Below, in pieces: positions 49,579 to 62,000 of a DNA stretch of 64,000 nt. Each line of letters starts with the position of its first letter. Position 1 is the first letter of the stretch. This stretch comes from a virus (lineage: Duplodnaviria; Caudoviricetes): the IMG/VR virus record IMGVR_UViG_3300043078_000170. One strand, written 5' to 3'. The position numbers and the translations under genes are program-made. Under the pieces are notes generated by a model. That model saw only the letters and a list, made by a program, of their open reading frames with translations. It was not told the origin of the DNA and did no database searches.

Positions 49579-52500
49579 TTATTTATTAAGATTCTTTAAA
49601 GCTTCAATTGTAGAATCTGGAACAGTCATATCATTATCAATACCTGCTGATAATAATAAAGTACTAACTGTATTTAAAGTTTGTTTCTTAGAAATATCAT
49701 TTGGAAGATCTTTCATATATACATAACCTTGCTTAGATATTTCTTTATACATATAAGCTTTAGCATCTGCGCTATCTGCTCTTGGACCTAAAAATTCTTT
49801 TAAGCAAATAGGATCTTCTTTATATGATAATAAAGAATAGGACTCTGAATCGCTGATTCGCAATATCTTCACTTAAGTTCGCTAATTCTTAAGCAGTTCT
49901 CTTATGAACTTCTCTATGTTTCCATAGAAGTTGAGACTATATCTTCTTTAGATTTACGTTTCCATTTAAAAAGGAATTACTGAATTATTACTTCAAACCT
50001 CTACCCAATAGCTTGGCTGTACTCTACTTCCTTCGTGTAAGTATTTCAACTTACCTTATTCTCTATATTATAGAGTTATATTTATTATTTGGTTTCGATA
50101 GTCGTTGAATTGATTAAATTTTCTAAAAACTTATAAATAATTCAATCAACTGCTGATTGCCCAATCCTTTATAAAGGCTCTAAGGGTGTTCCAGCATTTG
50201 TAAATTTTTAAATCGCCCGATATGTTAAGCGATTTTATCATCTGATGTAACCTGACCCGTTTTCATATTACGTTTATTTATATCTAAACTATAAGTATTC
50301 TTTTTGCTAAGCATCTGCTGTGTTGATAGGTAACTTTTTGATATTATCTTCAAGTTTTCCCCCAACCCAAACCGTACGTGAAAGTTTCCCTTCATACGGC
50401 TTTCCATCAATAAATTTAATTTATTGACTAAGAACCTTCCCTCCATTACTTATTATCATAACTTCATAGGTACTATGTTCTTTCCGACTTCTTATATCAA
50501 TTATAAATATAAGATCTCAAACGTTCCATTTTAGATAGGTTTATAATTGTACTTAGGTTTCATCTATAGCTATTTAATATCGTTTATAGAAATATATTAA
50601 CCCATTAAATATATTAGAATTTGAGGACTACTTCTCTCTTTCCTATTAAAAGCCTTCATAAATGATTCGTGTTCCTAACCATATACAATTCCCTAACCGC
50701 TTCATTATAAAAAGCGACTTCACTCAGCTTCACACAAAATATCACTACTTTGCATGTGAGATATTATTAATAGCAATACAGAATTTTATTATGGGTAATT
50801 CTAGCTTATTCTCTAAAATAGTTTTACGTTTCACACGTAGTCTTCTTAAGTTTATATATAAAATAGGAACTTTATATCTAGTTCTTATTGGATTTTCTTC
50901 ATGACCATCATGTCTATAATAAAGATATTCTTCAGTAGGAACTTTAAGATAATCTAAAGCTTCTTTACAATCTTTAATTCTAGGACAATTTTTATTAGGT
51001 AATACTTCAAGATAAAAATTCTTCTTATCATCTAAAATAAGATCTTTAATATATTTATCAAATTTCTCATCTGACATTGATTTAAATAAGTTCTTATACT
51101 TTTGAGTATTAGCACCTGTTTTATCTAAAAGATCAAAGACTTTATAAACTTTTTCTTCAATTTGTTTTCTTTTATTAGCATTAATAGCTTCATTTAATAC
51201 TAATTGATCTTTATTAGATTCATTAATACTTTCAAATAAAGTAAAAGGTAAATCAGGATTGTCAATTTTTCTATATTCATCAGTTGCTTCTATTTTATCA
51301 GCTAATGAGAAATTTCTACATTCTATTCTTAAATCAGTTATATTTAATTTTCTTTTAACATAATTAATCATAGCTATTTCAATTCCTTGAAGCTTATAAT
51401 CAGAACTAGCTTCTAAAGCTACAACTGTTTTAATGGTTCTATTTAAAGCAGTTTGTAAATTATAAATTTTATCTTCAATTATAATATATCCTGCTATATT
51501 TTCATTACTATCAATAAACATAAAACCATGTTGATTTCCAGGAAGTTTTTGACAATTTCTTAATTTATAATGTGTTTTACCATATTTGAATAAATTCTGT
51601 GGTGTCATTTCTTTAATATCAAATTCAGATATAATACTATCTTTGAAATCTTGCTCATCTTGAACTGTATTAGTATAAATAAAGTTTTCTTTTTGTTTAT
51701 TATTTAAATCTATTAATCTAGTTAAGAATTCTTTATTATCTTTAGAATTATTCAAAATAAACTTTAAAACACTGTCAGTTAAACCCTCAATAGTAATAAA
51801 TAGATTATCATAATTATCTTCATTATAAACTTCATTTAATACACTATACATATCTTCAATAGAATCAAATTCATTAATACCTTTCATTATATTATCATTA
51901 CATTCAATGTAATATATAGAATCTTCTATTTGGAATGTAGGAATTAATGAAGTGGTTTCACCTAATGAATATACATTCATTTTAGGATTATATCCTAATT
52001 CATATAGCTTATTAAATACTGAACTAGATCTTTGTGCAGCTATATTTAATCCAACAGCATTTGGAGCTATTGCACCTTCTTTAATAATTGAAAAATAATC
52101 ATAGACATCTTCATAATTATTAAAATCAAAATTTTCTAATAAAGGACTTTCATCATTATTAATATATTTATCTAAGAACTCTTTAGAAGTTAAATAAATA
52201 TCTATTCTATTCTCTCCATACCTTTCAAAATTTAAATCCTTTTCAATTGATTGGAAATTTAATAATCTAGTATCATAATCAATTATATCAATATTAGGAA
52301 CATGAATTAATTCAAAGATATGTAATAAATAATTTATAGCTGCATATTCATAATAAGTCTTTTTAACTTTAATATCATCTAATAAATTCCAATTAATAGA
52401 ATTATATAATGAAAATAAATCAGAAATATCATAAGAACTACTAAACTCTTCAAGATTTCTTAAAAATCTTTCATAAGTTTCATCTGGAACAATTTTGTTA

Positions 52501-52985
52501 CATACTTTTATTCTATAATCTTTTAATACTGGATTATTATCTTTATCAAAATCTTGTAAGATGTTTTTATAAGAAATTTCAGTTAATTTAAACTTTAAAC
52601 AATCTTTAACATCAGGAACTATACCAAAAGTATTATTAATATAATCATTATCCCATGTAATACAAAGATTAGTAAGTATATTCATATTATTAACATTTTT
52701 AAATATAGGAACTACACTTAATACATGATAAGATCTATTATTATTCCTAATAAGATAATTTCTATTATAACTTTGAGAGAATGGTAATTTATCTTGTACT
52801 GATATAAATGAATCATAATGAATAAAATCATCAGGATCATTTAATTTAGGAATATCAAAATAATTTTTAATACGATTTGATTCAGCATAATTTAAATGGT
52901 CATTACAAATAGGACAAGGTGTTTCCAATAATGAACCATCAAATATAGAATTACACGTATTACATTTACAATATAAGTATCCCAT
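49579..52985 (-). CDS. Split RNA polymerase beta subunit, C-terminal part, with ~600-aa N-terminal extension; exons 52985..50837, 50319..50228, 49860..49579 (~840 aa)
   Basis: Joined VPILYINLRRL|QQMLSKKN...TGQVTSDDKIA|RISDSESYSL...LKEFLGPRADS resembles beta VGYMYMLKLHHMVDDK...TQQP...QRFGEMEVWAL...LQEMLTVKSDD. GAGGTG RBS before ATG 52985. Confidence 0.85.
49861..50227 (-). ncRNA. Group I intron (ORF-less, 367 nt) in RNAP beta-C
   Basis: P1 AAAUCGCU/GGCGAUUU (U.G); core AAUCAGCAG, CAACGACUA, AAGAUAUAGUCU; 3' domain nearly the same as in the gyrB intron; terminal G. Confidence 0.92.
50320..50836 (-). mobile_element. Group II intron, ORF-less (517 nt), in RNAP beta-C
   Basis: Starts GUGUG. Domain V AGCCGUAUGAAGGGAAACUUUCACGUACGGUU; domain VI ends AC. 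EBS1 GUAGUC (50626-50631) in a stem-loop is complementary to exon end GACUAC. Removal restores the frame (CTA C|AG CAG). Confidence 0.92.
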
Positions 52986-53037
52986 AGTTATATTCACCTC
53001 TTTTAAAAAATATAAAATATTGTTGACGTGCAAATAA

Positions 53038-53069
53038 AATCCTAAAGAGTTTTAAAACTCTTTAGGATT
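53038..53069 (-). terminator. Terminator (32-nt perfect palindrome) after the giant virion gene
   Basis: AATCCTAAAGAGTTTTAAAACTCTTTAGGATT. Confidence 0.75.
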
Positions 53070-53075
53070 AATTTA

Positions 53076-56000
53076 TTACTTAATAAAATCAATATTAGTT
53101 GAAATATTTTCTTTTGTTGTTGAGCTTAAATCAATTTCTCTAATACCACCAGCAAATGAAATTTTAACTAAGTTATTTGAAATTACAGTATTTTTTAATA
53201 AGTCATTATAAATATCATGTAAATTATATGTTGTATTATTAAATGTAAATTCTTTATCTTCAACATTTAATGTATCATAATAATCTTCAGCTAAGATAGT
53301 TACTGTATCTGAAAATGAACGATAACCTTTCTTTTCATTTTCTTTCATCCAACCATTAATTCTATAACCTACAATTTTATTGGCAGTACTATCATAAATA
53401 ACGCCAAATAATCTATAAATAAATGAGAATCTATTTAAGCTAGACGTTTTAAGTTTATCATCATTTTCTTTACTAATTATTATATTAGTTGTAGCGTTAG
53501 GGATTGTTCTAAATTGATTTGTATTAGTATATTTTTCATTATAGTCATATACATTTCTAATATTAATATAATAATTACTATTTTTATTAGTTATATCACA
53601 ATCTTTTAAGAATATAGTATTAGTGTCTTTTAATAAATAATTATCTTCGCTATCTGTAAAATCTTTTATAGGATAATTTGCGGAAATATCATATAATGTT
53701 ATACCATTATAATTCTCTGCATTAAATCTACCTCTAGGGTTTTCCATACCTAACATTCCATAAGCAATACAACCAAATCCGTCTAATTGATAGGAAGTAG
53801 CATAATTTAAAACTGAAGGCGTTAAAGGCTTTGAAGTATTATCTTTATTTACTAATTCATTAAAATCACTTTCATTTAAACTTAAAGTACCACAAACATC
53901 ATCTGGATCATCTGGATTCTTTTCAAATTTTCTACCTTCATAGAAATGACAGAAATTTTTATAATTGCTTTTATACTTTGAGTTTGCTAAATCTTCAAGT
54001 GTAGTATCTAATAATATTCTACTAGCTCCATTATATCCATATCGATACATATATGAAATATTATCTTTAAATATTGGATTATTAATTGAATTATCTACTA
54101 CATCTGAAATTAATTCTTGAATAGTTTCATTAAATAAAGCAATTTTCTTACCAGATCTCTCATAATTAGACACATAATAACCTGTGTAATCATCATTATC
54201 AAAATCTAAATTAAAATATTGATAACCATCAATAAAATTTCTAGAAGGAATTTCGTAATCAATATTATCTATATTTATATTTCTCATTTTACTTTTTACA
54301 GTAGCTTTAAATAGATATAAATTTTTATTTGCATATTCTGATTCATTATCACTAAATTTATTCTGATTAAATTTAATAATATTTAAATCTTTAATATAAT
54401 TTTTAAATATTTCTTTTTTAATATCATCATCATCTGTATAATATCTATCAGGAAATGCATCTAAGCTTTCAGTTTTAGTTCTATGATATTCATTCGTAGA
54501 AAATTTTGGTACATTTTCAGTACTACTTGGCAAATATTTTTCAACTTTTAAAGGATCTATATACCAATATTCATTAGATCTTTTTCTTTCATCGCTATAA
54601 GTGCTACCAGCTATTTTATTTTCATGTATAGTAGCTAATACGCTATCAATATTATTATAAGTATTTTTAGCTCTTAAATAAAGAGAATTTAAAGGATCAC
54701 CATCATAAGTAAAATTATTATCTGGATTAAAATCTTTTAAACTATAAATAGTAAATGTATAATTATTATCTTTTTCATAAGTGTTGTCATTCTTTTTATA
54801 TGTTTCTAAAGAATCAAAATAAAGTTCAGAATCATTCATTGTTAGAGTAAAATAGTTATTACCAGTAAAGTTATCATCTTTTTCATGTAAATATGGTAAA
54901 TCACCAACTTTACTATATGGACTTTCTATACGTTTATTTGAAACAGTTGAGATATTTTTATATTTTTGTTTATTACCTCTTGCATTCCAGTTAATTTTCT
55001 TTCTAACTTCTTTAAATTCATCGTTTGTTCCATGATATATTATATTAAATGCATCATTATAAATAATATCATTAATTTCAACTGCAATAAGACTGTTCCA
55101 ATTTACATATGGTTTATTTACATCATAGAATTTTTCAATATATTTTACATTATTATCTTCAATTGAAAAATCACTATCATCTTTTATTAATTCACCTAAA
55201 TCAATAATACTATCTTCTGTATAGTCACTATCTATTGAGTATAAATGATTATTATTAATTCTTAATTTACCACAATTTATAAAGTTATTATCTGAAATAA
55301 TATATAATTTATTACCAAACTCAACATTTATTAAAGATATACAATTTTCACAAACTTTAGAAACATTAGAAGCAGTTGTTACCATTACTTTTTCAGCATT
55401 ATAACCAGAGTTAACATATTCTAAATAATAATCTTTAAATTTAGTTACCAATAATGTACTATCTTCTCCATTGTTATATATTTCAGGTTTTTCTTCTATA
55501 ACACTTTCAATGTAATCTATATATTCATTATAGTCTGTATAACCATCTCTTTCATAGTATATATATTTAGGATCAATATAATAATCTTCACCATCTACTT
55601 CATCTTTATTTTCTTCATAAATATCAACCATTTTACCATGAAAATTTTTATCATCATGATTATAATATAACCAACCAGTTTTACAGTTAACATAAATTGC
55701 ATGGTTTCCTATATAAGTACCATTAAAGCAGCTAGTCATAATTTCATAAGCTTTTCCATCAATATTAACACGATAACCACTTTCAATATCAGAATCTTTA
55801 TAATAATAAGCAAGATATTTTTTATTATTATAATTTATTATAAAAGATTTAACTCTAGGATCAACATCCATAGAACTTTGAACGTTTTCTACAAAAAAGT
55901 TACCAAAATATATAACTTCTGGTAATAATAAATTCATTAATCTACTACAACCGGAAAAACAGCTATAACCTATTGCATAAGCATTGCCAGTATCTATAGT

Positions 56001-59000
56001 TTTAGCATATATATCATCTATAAATACATTAGAATGAAATCTATTTATAAATACATTATCACCATGTTTAAATTTAATGCTAAGTTGATCTGAAAATTTA
56101 TAACCATTAGTAGGTTGTAATTTTTCATCAAATACTGTAGTATTATATTCTTGGAAGTTTCCTTCTGAATCATAAGAATACTTTGAATCATCCATTTTAG
56201 CTTGTCCTTCATATACTAAATTATCATCTTCATCTCTATAATCATTACCTTTAGAATCTACTATATAACGTCTATTTAAATATTCATTTTCAGAAAAAGC
56301 ATTAATACTAGTAGTATAAATATAATTACAATTATCAAATATAATTTGATTTAATGTAGAAAGATAAAATGCTTCACTTTCAATAAATCCAAGATTATAA
56401 GGAAGTTTAATACTAAAATGATTATCTTTAAAAGTACTAATATTTTTAAATGATTTACTCCCGAAAGTAGCAAATCCATAAATATTATCATTACTATTAT
56501 AAGGTATATAATTTATATTAAATGATGAATCAGAATATACAGGAGGAGTTTTTTTATCTATAGTTCTTCTATAATTTGAGCATGTTAAAGCATTATTTAA
56601 AAAATAAACTTCTTTCAATAATGAATTTTCAAATAAAGATTCTCCATAATAAGTAGCTAAAGGACCAAATGTAAATGAATCAAAATTTTTATTATTTTTA
56701 AATACGCCTTCTCCAAAATAAACTATGGTTGAAGGTATTCTTGCGTTAGTAATATATTTATTAGAAGTATTTGTAACTGTAACTGATGGTGCTCTATTGT
56801 TAATATCTTTAAATATTCCATCATCATTAAATAAATATGAATATGAAGTTTCTAATTTATTATTACCATATTTTAGAATATAATTATTATTAGTTTTACT
56901 CCAATATTTAGTTCCATTTATATCATAATTAATTTTAGTATTAAATGTTGCTAGAATATTCTCTTCATTTGTTGTTGTATTTTCTATTTCTTCTTTATAT
57001 AATAAAAATGGCATTGTTATAGTATAATTATCTGTAGTAAGCCAATAATTATCAATAGCAAAACAATAGTTAGTTATAGGATTATAATTTGAATACTCAT
57101 TTGTAGCTCTATTATTATGTGCTGACATTGGTAAGCCAGTAGATATCATTACTCTTCTTTGTTTTTTGTCATCATCACTAGTATCAAATTCATGTGTAGT
57201 ATAAGTAAATGGCATTGATTGTAATCCACTTCCATCACCATAATAAACAATTGAACCGCAATGTGTATGGACATCTTTTTGGTTTTTAGTAGCATCACTT
57301 TGTAAATTACGATTTTTACTAGGAGAAATTAATAATAATTTATGTGTATCAGAATTCTCATCTGTAAAATCATAATCTAAAATAGTTTCAAATATAATAA
57401 TACCTGACATTTTAAATTTAAGATTACATTCCTTTTTAGTAGGAGTAAAATCAAAATTTAAAATAGCTATAGAATTTCCATATATATCAGAATCATAAGT
57501 TATTTTTTTATTTGAAAAAGTACAACCAACAGTTTTATCATCATCTATATCTAAATTAAATAAGAAATTACCATTATTAGCTCCAGTATTTTGTATTAAA
57601 GTTTCTACATATACGTTATAAGTACTATTACGTTTAATAGTTTCATTATCGTTATTTAATTTTAATGATTCATTAAAGCAATTATTATAAGAATCATAAA
57701 TTATTTCGTCATTATTTTTAATAATAATATGAGTTTCTACTAAATCATTTGATAATGGACCATCACAAATACCAGAATCAATAATCTTTTCAGTTGCTCC
57801 AATTTCTTTAGCATAATCATAATCATAAAAGAATTCTTTATCTTTTTCATTATTACCAAGTATATCTGAGCCAAAATCACTATAATCATTAAATTTATTA
57901 AAAGTCTTTAGTCTTACATAATTATAATTTTCATCATATACTATATTACTTTCATCATGTTGACCTTCAAGTGTTAAAATGTTTTCTTCAGATGTATCAT
58001 TTAAATAAGTTTTAACAGTAAACCTACCAACTTTAGACATTTCATTAATAGCTGCTGCAGCAGCTATAGCACTCTTAGAGATTATATTATTAGTACTAAT
58101 ATTTCTTAATCCTAAACTACTAGCAAATTTACTAACTTCATATAATAAAGGTCTAGTTTTATTTGTATAACTTTCAGCAGTATAGTCGGTAATACCTTTA
58201 TTTTCAACTGCAATATATGCAAAATTTTGTGTGATAGAAGATTCATCATCATCTGAATCAGTCTTGTCAGTAATTTCAATTGTAATATTAGTAGAAGTAT
58301 CTGGTTTTTCAATATTTTGGTATAATGTTACTAAATAAGCATTATTATTAATAGTGCTTGGAATACTTAATTTAAAATTATCATCTAAAGCATTAAAGCT
58401 TGTTCCAGCATTCATCATTAAATCAGAAGTTAAAAGATCTTTTGTTATTATAATATCAAAATTAGTTTCACTTTTATTACTATTAATATAATCAATATAA
58501 TAATGATTTTTATTATTATTATCAGTATAATTATTAGCTGAATAATTTTTAATTGTATAGAAAAAGTCAAATATATTACCAGTGTAATAATTAAATGCGC
58601 TATCATTCATAATTGAAAACTTTTTAAGTTGTTCTTCAGTATAATCTGTATGGAATACTTTTAAAATACCATCTTCTTCAGTTAATATAGGTTCTGGAAG
58701 TAATTCTTCACCAGAATTAATAGAAATAGCTAATGGTAATACACTAGTTTTTCCATTAATAATTTCATCTGTATATTCTATCTGATTATGAAAATCTTCA
58801 TAATTATAATATCTTAATGCTTCATAAAGAATATTAATTGAAAATTTATCACTTTTATTAAGAGTATAACCATAACCTATTTTATATAATTTGTCGGTAG
58901 TACTACACTCGTGATCATATTTATAAATAGTTGTAGAACCAGTACTATTATCTACTACAAAATAAATTTTATATTTTAACATTTCATCTAAGGGATCATA

Positions 59001-62000
59001 TATAACTTTAATACCTTCAGTTTGATTAGAAATATTTGAAAACATAAAAGGATTATCTTTATTATATCCTAAATCACTATCTCTAGAACTACCAACTTTA
59101 TCAATAAAATTTAATAATTCACTTAAAGAATTTTCATCCAATAAATCAGTCATGCTTTTTTTAACGCCTTTTTTAGTTTTAAAAGTTACTGCATAAATTT
59201 TATATTCTGTATCAATAGCATCTATATTTTCAATAACATTTTTATACTCAGAATCTTCTACATCAATTATTGAAACTAACTCAAAATCAAACATAAGTGC
59301 AGTATCAATACCAACTTTATTTATAAAACTATCAACATCTGATTTATTCATTTTAATATAAATTGTTCTTTCTTTAAATATATCTGAGTAATTCATATCT
59401 TCATACATTTTTATTAAATCTGAATATGAATAATGTATATTTAAATAATATTTTTTACCAAGCTCCAATTCAATAGATTTAACTTCATTTCCTTTAATGG
59501 AAGTAGTATATATATTTGTCAAACTTTCAGCGTTATCATTAATTTTATATTTATTAGTATTATCAATTTCCGTAGTTGAATAATATGTATAATCAGCACT
59601 ATCTTTTAATTTATAAATATAATCACCATTTACCATATCATTTTCATTTAAATAATTAATATAATCAATATCTGGAACAGTAACAATTTCTTTGTGTATT
59701 TTTTCATTATAATAAATTCTACCAGTTTCAGTAAAATTATATCCTCTATTATCTCTCATATAAAATAAAGTTTCACGTCTATTATCAGTCTTTCTGCTTG
59801 TATCATTATAATTATTTAAATAATAATCAGTATTTAATGATAAAAACATTAAATCGTTATCTTCACTATTTATATTTGTTAAAGGATTGTAATAATAAAC
59901 GTTGGAATAATAACCACATTCAAGATATGGGTCATAATAAACATTAAAATCTCCTTCAGTCATATCATGCTCAACTAAATAATTAATAAAATTATTATTA
60001 AAAAATGAAACAGATAAAAATCCAGATTTTTCTGCTGGTTCAAATTTATTAGTTTCATGATTATAAATATTTAAAGTAAATTTATATTTACTTCTAGTTA
60101 CATTTCCATCTGAAATGTCAACGTTAGAGATATTACTAATATATGCAATATTATCATTTTCTCCTATTTCTTCTATCTTATAAGTATTATTTGATGATGG
60201 TTTATAAATATAATAAGTAGAATTTTTATAAACAATATAACCTCTGCTATCTCTATCATTACTTTCATCTAAATCATTTTCTTTATTAATGCATATATTG
60301 TAGCTTATTGTTTTATTTTGATTTTTATCATAATAATTAAAACTTTTCATAGAACTAATATCACATTCTCCAGTATAACTATTTTGTAAATACCAGTAAG
60401 AATCTTCTATATAATTATACTTATAGGTTTCATTGCTAAGACCTAAAGGACTTGATAAAATTACATCACCATATTTTATCTTAAACTCAGAAGGAGATAA
60501 ATTAGTAACTGCATATGGAAGATTTTCTGAACCTTCATAAATATTTACATAAGCTTTAATATATTGTAAATATTCATCTTTTAATGATAATTCTTCATCA
60601 CTTTCAAATGTATTTAATATAAGATTTCTTATAAATAAATTATAACTAGAATCTATATCGCCATTATCTTTTCTAATATCATCTTGAATATCTAAATATT
60701 CTGGTTCAGCATCTAATTGAAAATGCTCAAAATCAATATCATCCATTTCATCAAATATTTTAATTTGTTCTCCAACTGGATCATCAAAATCTAAAACATT
60801 ATTAGAATAAAGAGTATCTAATGTATAAGCTTTAAATACTTCAATTAGTAATGAAGCAAATTCTTTCATATTAGAAAATATTACATTAAATGTACTATTA
60901 TAAACTATATTACCATTAGAAGCAATATATGTTTCAATAGCAGTAGATAATTCAAGAATTCTTTCTTCAATTTCTTCTCTTCTTTCATTATCTGTATTAA
61001 ATGTTCCAAATTCTGTTACAAAGTTATATAATTCTTCATCATTATTTAATAAATATTCCTTAAAGCTTTCAAATTCATGATAAATATCAAAATTAAAATC
61101 AGATTTAAATTTAATATTTAATAATTTCTTTAACTCAAGATAAATTTCACGTTCTTCACATTCAGTTATATATCTTTCAAGTTCTGATCTTATTTGTTCA
61201 TTTTTATTAAGAACTTGCATTAAAGTAGATATATTAATATCTGAATAGTTAGATGATAAATTAGTTAGTCCAGTTACTTCAAGACTTGAAGAAGAATTCT
61301 TAGAATTAATTTCCTTTGAAAGTACTGAAAATACTTCAAGGAATGTTAATAGATTTCTGTATTTATAAAGTATATCACTAGTAAAGAAATTATTTTTAAC
61401 TAAATTAATAAACTTCATAAAATAATTAAGACCATCTTCATTATATCTATTATCTAAAAAGTTATTAAAATAAGCAACTTTATAACCATACATTTCATGA
61501 CAATAATCTACTAATTCATTATAAATTACATCATTATGAATCATAAATGTATAAAATAAATCATACTTAGGATTATAATAAGTATAGAAATTATCTTCAT
61601 CACCTAAGTCTTCAGAAGTTACAATATCATTATTAATAATACAATAAGCTAAATACTTCTTAAATAAAATCTTAAAATTACTATGAATTGATAAGAATTC
61701 TACATTTAGATCTCCATTAAATATAAGAGTCTTTAAATAAGAAAGGGCTTCTTGTAAATTATCATTTTTAATTTCAGTATAAAGATTAAATCCTTTATGA
61801 TAAACATCATCTAAATCTGTATAACCATTAATTGATTGATTATAAGAATTATAATTAACAGTATCATAAATTTCATTAGCTTTTATAAAATTAGCTAATT
61901 CTAAGAATTCACTCTTTATAGTCATATTGCCTACAGTAGCATTATCTGTAGAACTTAGTGATAATAATTTATATGGGTTATTATAAAGATTTTCAATTGT

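Noticed and set aside
50225-50446. 73-aa ORF as a standalone gene
   Set aside because: Its first part is intron domains V-VI; only 50228-50319 is a real exon.
50662-50904. 80-aa ORF in the group II intron as a possible maturase
   Set aside because: Antisense to the intron, no RT/maturase motifs, too short.
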